A stretch of 58,008 bases of DNA, from positions 1 to 58,008 of the IMG/VR virus record IMGVR_UViG_3300020432_000001; one strand, written 5' to 3'. The translations under genes were made by a program, and so were the position numbers. Below are positions 1 through 10,033 of the stretch, in pieces. The notes beneath the pieces were generated by a model that was not told where the DNA came from, did not search any database, and worked only from the letters and a program-made list of their open reading frames with translations. Position 1 is the first letter of the stretch, and each line of letters opens with the position of its first letter. This DNA comes from a virus (lineage: Duplodnaviria > Caudoviricetes).

Positions 1-77
1 CAGAAGTATTTATGGGAATGGGTACTGATGATGGTACTATCATGAGTAATATGGAAGAAGTTTCAAATAAAAAGAAA
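1..77 (+). repeat. 77-bp terminal overlap identical to 57932..58008 (circular assembly overlap)
   Basis: cagaagtatttatggg...tcaaataaaaagaaa occurs at both ends. It lies inside a reading frame that continues across the junction, and 77 is a common assembler k-mer size. Confidence 0.95.
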
Positions 78-1754
78 GCAAACTTAGATACTTCAATGGA
101 TACTTTAATGGGGGCTTTAGATGGTGGTGATGAATTTCTTATTAGCTCTGCAGCTAAGGCTGTAGAAAATGCTACTGAAAACTTAGCAACTAGTAATATA
201 TCAGGAGCTACTCAAAATACAAATGATAAATCTTGGAAGCATAAGTATGCAGTAGATGAACATAAACAAATTAAAAAGAAAGTAGAGAATTTAGAAAACT
301 TAAAGAACAATGCATTAGAAAATGGTAATACTGCTTTAGCTGCTGTATATAACCAGGGTATAGATGCTGCACAAGCAGAATTAGATGCTTCTCAAGAAAA
401 GGTAGATAGTACTGCTAGCGCTTTAACTGATGCTCAAACAAATGAAAAAGAAGTTATTGAAAACAATATATCACCAGAGGCAGCTGCAGTTGTAAACGAA
501 GCTACAGGTTCTAATATTGTTCCAGGTGGTTCTGATAATAATAAAATAACAGCAGCTGCTAATAAGATTACTGATAAAACAGAAAGTGATATATCTGCTG
601 CGTTAAGTTCTAAAACAGGTCAAGCTGCATTAACTAATAATACAGAAGATAAAGAACCAGGTAAATGGAATAAAGCTAAAGGGGTGCTTGGCTTTTTATT
701 TGGAGATGTATTTGATAAAAGAGAACTTGGAAGAGCTATTGCTGTATACTTAGGTTCAAGAGCTATGGGATATTCACATGCTGATACAATTGGTTATGTA
801 GCTAAAAATTATCTTAAAAGAGTTGATAGTAAGAATGCTAAGATGGATGCATTTATTAAAGCAAATATTGGTAAGTATGAAAAAGATTCTCTTGAATTAT
901 ATAGACAGACCGGGGATCCTTCTGTACTTATACCAGTAGGTTCAATAGCTAGACCTCAAGGTGATGATCCTAAAATGTATTACTCAAAACAATTTCCAAA
1001 AGGTAGACTAGCTTATAAGTTTAAGAAGAAGTTACCTAGTGGGGATGATATAGTTTATTGGTCTTACGATCAAGCTGGTAAAAGTAGAGTAGGAGCAGGA
1101 CATCATACAGATGCAAAGCGTGTACCAGGTACTATTGAATATCGAAAAAGAGTACAAGATAATGCTAAAATAGTTGAAGGTATATTAGAAGGTCAGATAA
1201 AGCAGTCAGGAGATAGACATAAAGAACAAAGAGTTAACGGTGTATTACAATGGGAAAGATACACTAATCTTGATCCAGCTACTGCCGCTCAAGATATAGC
1301 GGCTTGGGCTGAAGAAAATAATTATGATATGACTAGAATGGGAAGTGGTATTCAAACAGCTTTCGCTATGATGGTAGCTGATGCTAAAGAAACTGGTAAG
1401 AAGCCTACAAATCTTATTCCATATTTAGAAGAAGCAACTATTAAAGAAAGATTGCTAGATCAAGCAGCTGAATTAACTCAAGCTAAAGTAGGTGATAAGA
1501 TAGTTTCAATGGACCCTAAAGTACTTACGGATCTTAACAAACAAGTAATGGCAGTATCAGAATCTTTAGGTATGCATCAAGATACATTTTGGAATAATGC
1601 AGTAAAATTATGGACTGATAGAGAGAATGATAATTTTAAATCAACTGGAAAAACTTGGAGAGAAGTATACCAAGAAGAAGCTAAGAAACCAGAGAATGAA
1701 GGTTATACACCGTTCGCATTATTTACTATGAGAATATTAACCTTAAAACAATAG
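12..1754 (+). CDS. C-terminal part of the ~1150-aa ejection/internal virion protein that starts at 56233
   Basis: Position 12 equals 57943, which is in frame with the open frame from ATG 56233. Ala/Asn/Lys-rich helical sequence within the ejection-gene block. Confidence 0.85.
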   Translation: MGMGTDDGTIMSNMEEVSNKKKANLDTSMDTLMGALDGGDEFLISSAAKAVENATENLATSNISGATQNTNDKSWKHKYAVDEHKQIKKKVENLENLKNNALENGNTALAAVYNQGIDAAQAELDASQEKVDSTASALTDAQTNEKEVIENNISPEAAAVVNEATGSNIVPGGSDNNKITAAANKITDKTESDISAALSSKTGQAALTNNTEDKEPGKWNKAKGVLGFLFGDVFDKRELGRAIAVYLGSRAMGYSHADTIGYVAKNYLKRVDSKNAKMDAFIKANIGKYEKDSLELYRQTGDPSVLIPVGSIARPQGDDPKMYYSKQFPKGRLAYKFKKKLPSGDDIVYWSYDQAGKSRVGAGHHTDAKRVPGTIEYRKRVQDNAKIVEGILEGQIKQSGDRHKEQRVNGVLQWERYTNLDPATAAQDIAAWAEENNYDMTRMGSGIQTAFAMMVADAKETGKKPTNLIPYLEEATIKERLLDQAAELTQAKVGDKIVSMDPKVLTDLNKQVMAVSESLGMHQDTFWNNAVKLWTDRENDNFKSTGKTWREVYQEEAKKPENEGYTPFALFTMRILTLKQ

Positions 1755-1762
1755 GAGTTATT

Positions 1763-4700
1763 ATGGATAATAATATGATTGATGTTTCTAATTTTGAAGC
1801 ACGATCTGATTTTACTACTGATGCCCCTTATAAGTTTCTTGATGCTGACACAATAAGAAATGATGAGGGAGAACTCTTTAGATTAGAAGGGCTTAGCATG
1901 CCTGAAATTGTACATGGTAATGCTGATGGTCTTATACCTGGAGGACCTGGTGGTTGGGAAGCTACAAACCAAATAGATAAGCTTGCTAAAGAAATGGGCT
2001 TTACTAATGTACATCGTCTTACTAATCCAGATGGTTCTCCTAAAATGGATGCAACAGGTAAACGACAGTTAGTTAGAATAAGTGATGAAAATGGTAGAGA
2101 CTTTGTACAAGCTCTTACTAGTTATGGTATAAATAGATTAGGTAAATACAGTTCTCAAGAAGAAATAGATGCTTATAGTTGGGGCAAAGCTAAGAAAACT
2201 ATGACGCCATTTCAAGAGGATAAACCTTTAAATGAGTTTGAAAAAGCTAAACTTATTATTGATGATGCTACTGAAGCTGAAAGTTATAGAGCAAGCCGAT
2301 TTAAAAAGGTTGCGTTAGATGAAGCAGAACTTTCAAGATTAAAAGGACCTAGGCAACCTGGAGAATCTATTGAACAATACGCTGTAAGACTACAGCAAGC
2401 TCAAGATTATACAGATGCTAGAGTACTTGGAAGACATCAAGATAGAACTCTTCAAAACAAAGCACTTCATCCTTGGTCTGAAAGCTGGGATATAGGTTGG
2501 ACAGGAGTTATAGAAGGATTATATGGTGCTGCTCAAATGATTGGAGAGCGTACTGGTTTTAATTGGTTAGAAGCATTAGGTGATGAAGGTGTAAAAAGAC
2601 AGCATGAGTATTTAAAAAATAAACCTGAATTAAAAATGAATATACTTAAACCTGTTTTAGATGAAGCTGGAAATGTTATAGATAATGAATGGGATGTAAA
2701 TGGTTTAAGTGGTTTCTTTGAATATATAGGAAACATGGGTGCTATGGCTATACCTTATATGGGTGTAACAGCAGGTGCTACATTAGCTGCGCCTATGACT
2801 TATGGTGCTTCAATGTCTATACCAGTTGTTATGTATACTGGACAAACCTGGAATGAAATGGAAGGAGAGGATAAGAGTGCAACATTAGCAGCAGCTGCTG
2901 GTGTAACTATGACAGTATTAGATCGTTTAGGTATTCAAGGTTTAATGGGTGGAGTTAAAGGAGTTAACTTATTATCCAAAGATTCTCGAGATAAAATGAT
3001 CGATGCATGGATTAAGAAAAATAAAAAAGGTATTGTAAATGATACTAATAAAGCAGCCGCTCGAAATGCTATTGATAAAATGACAAGACTAGAGTCTGCT
3101 AAATTAGTTAAGCATGCCGCTGAAATTGCTAAGGATCAGTTAAAGTATGGAAATATTTTAAGATCTTTTGCTGCTAGATCTGCTCAAGGTTTTGGTGTGG
3201 AATCAACTACAGAAGTAGGACAAGAGCTTGCAGGTTATACAGCAGCAGTTATAGGTAGTGATAAAAACTTTGATTCAGTTGAGTTACATAATAGATTATT
3301 AAATGCTTTTATTGCAGGTGGTACTTTAGGTGCAGGCTTTGGTGTACCAGGAACTATATATGATGCTGGTGCATGGGCAGATGTAGCCGTAAGAACAGGT
3401 CCTAAAGAAGATAAACGATTATCAGATGAAGGTAGATGGGCAGAAGAAGAAGCTAGGAGAGGTACAGTCTATGCTACTGATAATGCAGGTAATATTTTAT
3501 TAGATGAGTATGGTCAGCAAATAATTAAAACACAAGGTTCACCTAGAACTATTTCGGATATAGCAGATGCTGCAGCAAAGAAAGCAAAAAAGCGTATACT
3601 AAATCCTAACGATAAAGACTTTCATCAAAAAGCTGAAGCACATGATAGAGCACAAAAATCAAAAGATGCTTTTACAAAAATAAAAGAAGCTGCTGGAAAT
3701 TTTCCTATGTTGTATCAAGGGTCTATGAGATTCTTAATTAATCCTTTTACTAATAATCAAAAGGTTAGAGATATAGGTGTGCTTGTAAATGGCTTCTTAC
3801 ATAAGATAAATCCTGGAGAATCATTCGAAGAATATAAACAAATGCAAGCAGCATTCTTTAGAAATTTAATTAAGAGTCCTGCTATGCTTTCAAAGGATGC
3901 TAAGTTTAAAAGAATTAATCAATTAGAGTTATCTAAAATTACAAATGCTTTTGGTCAATGGGTTGATAAAAGAAACTTATCAACTCTTGATTGGAACAGT
4001 TTACCTGATGGTAGTATTACTGATGCTAAAGATCCTAACTTTACTAATGGAGTAGATCTTAGAAAACATAAAGATTGGTTAAAAGATTTTTCTCTTGAGA
4101 TGAATACTTTAGGTGATGCGCTTTATAATAAACAAAAAGAAATGCGTACTAGATTAAATGATGGTAGTGATACTGATAAAACTTTTGATGTTGATTATTT
4201 AAATAATTATTTACTAAGATATAAATCACTTAATAAAGCGGCTATTGAAAAAAATAAAAATGCATTTATTAAAGCATTAATGAAAGATGAATTTGCTAAA
4301 GGCGTTCCAGGATTTGGTTCATATACAGGACCTGATGGTAAGTTAGTAAAGAGAGGTCTTACATTAGATGCGGCTACTGACTTAGCTAATGAGATATTAA
4401 ATAACGGTGATATGATTGATGGCCGTAGTATATTTGAAGTAGGTAGAGGAAGACATATACCTGCTGCTCATAAGAAAAGAGTATTTGGATTATCTGACAT
4501 CAGTGACTTTAATGAATTTATGGAACAAGATGTTTTTGTAAATATAAATAATGCAATTAAATCTGCAACAAGATATATGGCTTATCAAAAATATGTTGGA
4601 GATAATAATGAAATATTAAATCAAATGTTAGATGATGCTGTAGCAAATGGTTTAGCCGAAGAAGATGCTAACTATTTAGCAGCAGGTTTAAGAGATTACT

Positions 4701-5986
4701 TACAAGCTGAATCAGGAAACTATAAGCGTATACAAAATCAAACTCTTAATAGTATACAAAAGAATATATTAGTATGGACTACTATGGCTGGTTTGCCTAT
4801 GGCAACTATATCTTCTATGGTAGAATATATGATGACGCTTAGAGCATTAACACCTGCACAAATAAATACTACTATAAAAAATTCAGCTAAAGAATTTGCT
4901 CAAGCAATGTGGGATACTATAACAAATCCTGGTTTACAAAATACAGAAGCACGTCTTAGAAAAGAACAGAGGCAAGCTAACCTACAAAAGTTAGGATTCT
5001 TTGATTGGGATGTAGGTGCTGCACAAACTACAGGTGCTACAGAAAATACTTATGCTTCAAGATATTTATTAGATAAGTATTTTAGAATAATCGGGTTGCA
5101 GCAATGGACAGACTACACACGTAATATTCGAGCATCTATTGCAGATGATTTTATTATGGATCATCTTAATACTATTAACAGACAACGAAGAGATGGTGGA
5201 TTATATACTAACGAAGTTCAAGAAGCTGAAGAGCAATTAAGAAACTTAGGTTTAGATGTAAATAAACTTTTAGCTTTAGCAAATCAAACTTTAGGCTTAC
5301 CTTTATTTGATAGAGTTAAACCACCAATAGCAGATACATTACAACAAATGAGAGAAACTAATGCTGAGTTAGATAGAATGTTTTCACTAGCGCAGTATAA
5401 TTTTATTAATGAAGCTATTGCATTACCAGGTACAGCTAATAGACCATTGTTTTATCAGAACCCTCACATAGCTTTATTCACACAGTTTCAAGGTTTTATT
5501 GCAACCTTTACAGCTAATCATATTCCTAGAATGTGGGGTGATTATGTTAAACGTGGTACACCTGCAATGAAGTATAATGCTTTTGCTATTATGACATTAA
5601 TGATTGCATTAGGTTTTGTATCGCAGTATTTAAAAGATCTTTTAAAATACGGTAGAGCTACACCTTATTTAGATAGAGCCGAAGTAATTCAAAGAGGTGT
5701 AGGTGCATCAGGATTAATTGGTGTAGCGGAAAGACCATTAAACTTTTTCTTTCCTATCTATGAAACATCATCAAGTAATATGGTTGAAGAATTATTTCAA
5801 ACAGTATCAGGTGAAGCGGCTGCATTATCTAACGTAACAAGAGCAGCTACAGGAGCGGTTCAAATAGCTGAAGGTAATTTAGAACCTGGTGTATATAAGG
5901 TACTCAAAACCACACCAATAACAGGTCCATTTAATCAATTAAATAGGGCAGTTGCTGGTGGTATTAATGATTTATTCGGTGGCTAA
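1763..5986 (+). CDS. Large internal virion/ejection protein with N-terminal SNase (thermonuclease)-like region and hydrophobic segments
   Basis: 1407 aa, SD aggag. FLDADTI..FRLEGLSMPE..DATGKRQL resembles SNase DGDT..RL.GIDAPE..D.YGR.L. Gly/Ala-rich membrane-like stretches. Lies between the lysozyme-bearing protein and the vRNAP-like gene. Confidence 0.65.
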   Translation: MDNNMIDVSNFEARSDFTTDAPYKFLDADTIRNDEGELFRLEGLSMPEIVHGNADGLIPGGPGGWEATNQIDKLAKEMGFTNVHRLTNPDGSPKMDATGKRQLVRISDENGRDFVQALTSYGINRLGKYSSQEEIDAYSWGKAKKTMTPFQEDKPLNEFEKAKLIIDDATEAESYRASRFKKVALDEAELSRLKGPRQPGESIEQYAVRLQQAQDYTDARVLGRHQDRTLQNKALHPWSESWDIGWTGVIEGLYGAAQMIGERTGFNWLEALGDEGVKRQHEYLKNKPELKMNILKPVLDEAGNVIDNEWDVNGLSGFFEYIGNMGAMAIPYMGVTAGATLAAPMTYGASMSIPVVMYTGQTWNEMEGEDKSATLAAAAGVTMTVLDRLGIQGLMGGVKGVNLLSKDSRDKMIDAWIKKNKKGIVNDTNKAAARNAIDKMTRLESAKLVKHAAEIAKDQLKYGNILRSFAARSAQGFGVESTTEVGQELAGYTAAVIGSDKNFDSVELHNRLLNAFIAGGTLGAGFGVPGTIYDAGAWADVAVRTGPKEDKRLSDEGRWAEEEARRGTVYATDNAGNILLDEYGQQIIKTQGSPRTISDIADAAAKKAKKRILNPNDKDFHQKAEAHDRAQKSKDAFTKIKEAAGNFPMLYQGSMRFLINPFTNNQKVRDIGVLVNGFLHKINPGESFEEYKQMQAAFFRNLIKSPAMLSKDAKFKRINQLELSKITNAFGQWVDKRNLSTLDWNSLPDGSITDAKDPNFTNGVDLRKHKDWLKDFSLEMNTLGDALYNKQKEMRTRLNDGSDTDKTFDVDYLNNYLLRYKSLNKAAIEKNKNAFIKALMKDEFAKGVPGFGSYTGPDGKLVKRGLTLDAATDLANEILNNGDMIDGRSIFEVGRGRHIPAAHKKRVFGLSDISDFNEFMEQDVFVNINNAIKSATRYMAYQKYVGDNNEILNQMLDDAVANGLAEEDANYLAAGLRDYLQAESGNYKRIQNQTLNSIQKNILVWTTMAGLPMATISSMVEYMMTLRALTPAQINTTIKNSAKEFAQAMWDTITNPGLQNTEARLRKEQRQANLQKLGFFDWDVGAAQTTGATENTYASRYLLDKYFRIIGLQQWTDYTRNIRASIADDFIMDHLNTINRQRRDGGLYTNEVQEAEEQLRNLGLDVNKLLALANQTLGLPLFDRVKPPIADTLQQMRETNAELDRMFSLAQYNFINEAIALPGTANRPLFYQNPHIALFTQFQGFIATFTANHIPRMWGDYVKRGTPAMKYNAFAIMTLMIALGFVSQYLKDLLKYGRATPYLDRAEVIQRGVGASGLIGVAERPLNFFFPIYETSSSNMVEELFQTVSGEAAALSNVTRAATGAVQIAEGNLEPGVYKVLKTTPITGPFNQLNRAVAGGINDLFGG

Positions 5987-5999
5987 GGAGATAATATAA

Positions 6000-8900
6000 A
6001 TGAGAATACAAACACAACAGCCCAGTACAATAGCAAAAACTGCTTTGGAAAAGGCAGGCAGCACAGATACTAATAACCCTATATTAAATTTGCCTATTCC
6101 TGGTGAAAGTATGATGACCGTTGAGCAATCAAATATAATTAGTCAAAAAGATTTTGATGAAGCTCAAGCACGTGCCGCAACTACTCAAGAGCCACCTGCT
6201 CCAATATCTGAGGATGACTATGGCGGTTTTGAAAATGTAACAGATTATATAGCTGATATGAGACAACAAGCGGGTGGTGAAGAATCTTTTATAACTGGAG
6301 AGACTTATGATACACCTGAACCAGTACTTGCAAATGCAGTGCTAAGAGGTATACAAGCGGATGAGTCTGTGGAAGAAGAGCAGAGAGAGCGTGAAAGAAT
6401 TAAATCTATACCTGAAATGTGGGGAGTAAGAACCTTAGCTGGCATACAAGCAACAACAAATGATCCAGATAATTTAATGTATGGGCCTATGTATAGAGCT
6501 ACTAGGATGGGTAATATAGATACAGCTAAAATGTTAGGTAAAGAATTAACAGAATGGATGGGAACTGGAAGTGCTGAGTCTGCTTTTACTATAAGAAAAA
6601 GAGATAAAAATAAAGATTGGAAAGCAAAATTTCCAGCAGTAAGAGGTTCATTAACAGAAACAGATCAATCTAATATTTTATATAATCCTGAATTATTAGA
6701 TGCAGGTTTATGGGATCCTAACTTAAGAGATGGACAAGGTGGTATTGTATTAGATAATGACTTCTTACAAACTTTATCTTTAGTTACTGAGCAGCATTAT
6801 GTTCAAGCTTTACATACACGAGCTGAAGAAGATTTTGAAACAGTAGCTGATATGAATGATCCTGAATCTACACCTTTAAATGTAGCTACCTTTACAAAAG
6901 CTGAAGGAAGAAAACAATTAGGTAAAGATATATTTCAGCAATGGAAAAGAGTACAAGCAACAAAGAGAGGAATACCTACAGATACTTATGCCGCTGATTT
7001 TAAATTAATTAATGATGAAGTGTTTGAACAAATAGGTGACTTCGCAAAAGAAGCATACTATATAGTTAATCCAGATTTAATGACAAGAAAAATTCTTAGT
7101 GATAATCAAGTAAGGTTTACTTTAAAACCTGAAGGAGATAAGTTATTTAGAGATACTTACTATATGTATAGTGCAATGTTTGGTGCAAATGAGGTTGCGC
7201 CTATGGCTGCACCTTCTGAAGATGGTCAAATGGTTTTTGAAGGACAGACATATACTAGACGTGTTACTACTCAGATTGGAGAGCTAGGAAATACAACACA
7301 TTTATTTCAAGCAATGGCTAACATGAATAAAGTTGTAATAAGAAATGATCCTCAAAGAGAGCGTGCAGCTTTTATGTATGCAGGGGCTGCTATAAGTACA
7401 GCTGAAAATCCTGTAATAGTACCTAATCAAATAGCTAATGATTATAATGAGCGTGAATTAACAGCTACTTATTTTGGAGACAGTGAGTACGAAAAAAGAT
7501 TAATAGACTTAGAGATACCTAATACAGATCCTCAATGGTCATACGAACCTGCTGATGTAAACTACGCTAATATATTTGGAATAGGTAAAGCAAAGTTCGA
7601 TTCTTTATTACAAGAAAAAGCTAGATTATATGCGGCTGCTTTTGATATGGAACAAAAAGGTTTAGCTATGAATCAAAAAGGTTGGGGATTTGATATGTAC
7701 ATTTCTGCTAAAATGTATAATCCTAAAACCATATTAGATAAAGAAAGAGAAAAGCTAATAAGTATTTTAGATGGTGCAAATAGATACTCTGGTAAAAATA
7801 ATTATTTAACGTTTGCTATGCAAGCATTAACAGGTAGAATGCATTCACAACAAACACTTTATAATCCGCAAGCTCATAAAGTTTTAAGATATATAGTGGG
7901 TGGTGGTAATACATATCAATGGACTCCAGGATCTGGTAACTTAGATTTTGTTTTTAAAGAAGCACTATCTGCGCACCTATTTGAAAATCCAAAGTTAGCT
8001 GGTGAAGAAAACTTTAAAAAGAAATTTGGTGTTGCAAGAACACCTAAAGAAAGAATAAAAGTATTTAATGAAGAAGAAGCGAATGCTAATAATCCTGATA
8101 GTTTATTTATGAAGTATGTTAGATGGGGAGAAGAGCTAGAAAAATTATTAGATCCTTTCAATGCAAAAGATGCGGGTAACTTATTTACTCAATTTAGAAA
8201 TGCATCAGGAGATCCAAGAGCAAGGGGTCAGGTTATAACACAGCTTCAAAGAGGGTTTAATAATGATCCACTTAGTCCTGATTTAAAAGCATACTTATCA
8301 AAGTATGAACAAGAAGCTATTCTTCAGTCAGATTATTTAATAAACTTAGCTAAATATTATAGAGTAAAACAACACAATAAACAAAATCCAAATCAAAAGC
8401 AAGTGTTTAGATCTAGTATTGTTTTAGAAATAGATGGACAAACACATGGTCCTGCTACTATGGCAACGCTATTAGGTAGTGAAAGAATGGCTAAGCGTTC
8501 TGGTATAATAATGAAACAAGATTTTCAGGAAATGCTAGAAGGAGATTATAAAGATCTTAGAGATGCTATGATGGATTCAATGGCAACTAACTTCGATCAA
8601 ATATCAGGCGGGATTTCTTTTATAAAAGAAGATAAAAGAGATTATTTTAAAGCAATATTATATGCAGCTTTTGAAGATAGAGAAAACTTTTTAAAGAAAT
8701 CTCCTATGACTATGGGGTATGGTCAGGAAATAGAATCATTAAGACAGCATGTTGATACTACTGTATTTCAAAGTAAAGAAATAAATAATATTATGGCTGA
8801 ACAAAACATACCACCTGCAGATGTTATAGACTTTCTACATACAATGCTAGTAGGTTCTATCTATGATACTATGGACCAAGATACTATTCGTTCGGCTAAA

Positions 8901-9977
8901 CTAATTAAAACTGCAGGTTACTTATCTGCTTTAACTGGTGTACTGTTTCAATTACCACAGCCTACAGGTTTATTAAGTACTATAGCTGGAAGAGACTCTA
9001 GACAAACAGGACAATCATCATATACATTATCTTATACAGATCCTCTTACAGGTGACGTAACAAGAACAACACAAGATGGTCAGATGAATGTTCAACAGTA
9101 CGAATCAGTAACTAGCCCAGCGGCTATGAGAAAAATGTTTGGTCAAACTGTATTAGGCGGTTATGCTACAGGTAGATTGCTTCCTGCACTTATACAAGCA
9201 TTTGATGCTAACATGGTAACAGGTGTATTCACTGATGAAAGAGTAGGACCTATAGTAGGTAAAGATAAAAATGGAAATCCTATTTATGGTAAGTCTATAA
9301 GAACAGGTAACTGGTCTAGAATTCAAGAAGCAGCTAAAGCTAATGGTGCTGAGAATGTTTTTGTATTACCAATCTTTGATGCCTTCTTAACAGACTTAGG
9401 AACTAACGTAGCTGTTAGAGAAGTTGCAAATAAAGTTTATCAAAACTCTTTAGTAAATGATCTTATGATGGAAAAGGTTATAGACTATTATGAAAATACT
9501 TTAATACCTTCAATGAAAGAACTTAAGGGAGATAAAGGTTTAGATTGGACAGATCCTATATCACCTTTCTATATGTTGCGAGATGTTTTCCATGAGTCAG
9601 CAGATAAAAAACCATCTAAAACTTTAATAAAAGCTATTCAAAAATTATCATGGGATGAAGAAATGAAATGGTTAGAGGGGCAGGAAACTTTAAAAGAATG
9701 GGCAGGCCGTACTAAAAACTTAGCTAAGAAAAGAGCTAATCTAATACTAGCTAGATTACCTGAAAGATTAGGTATAACTAAGATGCAAATGTATCAGTTA
9801 CTTCAAGGAGATAAAATAACCGCTAATCAAGCTAGAATATTGTTAGGAGAAATCTTTGCAATGCTACAAGTACCTAGTAATATGAAGTGGGCTAAGTCAA
9901 CTATCCCTGCAAATCGTGCTAAGATTAAAGATGCAATAGCTAATGGAAGAGTTGCTAATATAAATCAAGCAATTTAA
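6000..9977 (+). CDS. Virion-packaged single-subunit RNA polymerase (N4 vRNAP-like)
   Basis: 1325 aa with ordered motifs QALTGRMH (T/DxxGR), LEIDGQTHGP (motif A), RENFLKKSPMTMGYG (motif B) and LPIFDAF (motif C with FD, as in N4 vRNAP). Last gene of the ejection block. Confidence 0.8.
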   Translation: MRIQTQQPSTIAKTALEKAGSTDTNNPILNLPIPGESMMTVEQSNIISQKDFDEAQARAATTQEPPAPISEDDYGGFENVTDYIADMRQQAGGEESFITGETYDTPEPVLANAVLRGIQADESVEEEQRERERIKSIPEMWGVRTLAGIQATTNDPDNLMYGPMYRATRMGNIDTAKMLGKELTEWMGTGSAESAFTIRKRDKNKDWKAKFPAVRGSLTETDQSNILYNPELLDAGLWDPNLRDGQGGIVLDNDFLQTLSLVTEQHYVQALHTRAEEDFETVADMNDPESTPLNVATFTKAEGRKQLGKDIFQQWKRVQATKRGIPTDTYAADFKLINDEVFEQIGDFAKEAYYIVNPDLMTRKILSDNQVRFTLKPEGDKLFRDTYYMYSAMFGANEVAPMAAPSEDGQMVFEGQTYTRRVTTQIGELGNTTHLFQAMANMNKVVIRNDPQRERAAFMYAGAAISTAENPVIVPNQIANDYNERELTATYFGDSEYEKRLIDLEIPNTDPQWSYEPADVNYANIFGIGKAKFDSLLQEKARLYAAAFDMEQKGLAMNQKGWGFDMYISAKMYNPKTILDKEREKLISILDGANRYSGKNNYLTFAMQALTGRMHSQQTLYNPQAHKVLRYIVGGGNTYQWTPGSGNLDFVFKEALSAHLFENPKLAGEENFKKKFGVARTPKERIKVFNEEEANANNPDSLFMKYVRWGEELEKLLDPFNAKDAGNLFTQFRNASGDPRARGQVITQLQRGFNNDPLSPDLKAYLSKYEQEAILQSDYLINLAKYYRVKQHNKQNPNQKQVFRSSIVLEIDGQTHGPATMATLLGSERMAKRSGIIMKQDFQEMLEGDYKDLRDAMMDSMATNFDQISGGISFIKEDKRDYFKAILYAAFEDRENFLKKSPMTMGYGQEIESLRQHVDTTVFQSKEINNIMAEQNIPPADVIDFLHTMLVGSIYDTMDQDTIRSAKLIKTAGYLSALTGVLFQLPQPTGLLSTIAGRDSRQTGQSSYTLSYTDPLTGDVTRTTQDGQMNVQQYESVTSPAAMRKMFGQTVLGGYATGRLLPALIQAFDANMVTGVFTDERVGPIVGKDKNGNPIYGKSIRTGNWSRIQEAAKANGAENVFVLPIFDAFLTDLGTNVAVREVANKVYQNSLVNDLMMEKVIDYYENTLIPSMKELKGDKGLDWTDPISPFYMLRDVFHESADKKPSKTLIKAIQKLSWDEEMKWLEGQETLKEWAGRTKNLAKKRANLILARLPERLGITKMQMYQLLQGDKITANQARILLGEIFAMLQVPSNMKWAKSTIPANRAKIKDAIANGRVANINQAI

Positions 9978-9980
9978 CAA

Positions 9981-9998
9981 TCGTAATAAAAACGTAAT
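9981..9998 (+). promoter_or_regulatory. Candidate Pho box upstream of pstS
   Basis: tcgtaat-aaaa-acgtaat: two GTAAT half-sites with 11-bp periodicity and an A-rich spacer, resembling CTGTCAT-A(T/A)A(T/A)-CTGT(C/A)A(C/T). Confidence 0.5.
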
Positions 9999-10010
9999 GT
10001 GTCTCCTTAA
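9994..10010 (+). promoter_or_regulatory. T7-like phage RNAP promoter (pstS)
   Basis: gtaatgtgtctccttaa|aga matches the family core YGTCYCCTWWA|A seen at four other intergenic sites. Confidence 0.6.
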
Positions 10011-10033
10011 AGATAACTAAACGGGAGACATAT

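Noticed and set aside
1-77. 77-bp end repeat as a biological terminal repeat
   Set aside because: It falls mid-gene and matches a typical assembler k-mer overlap; it shows circularity only.
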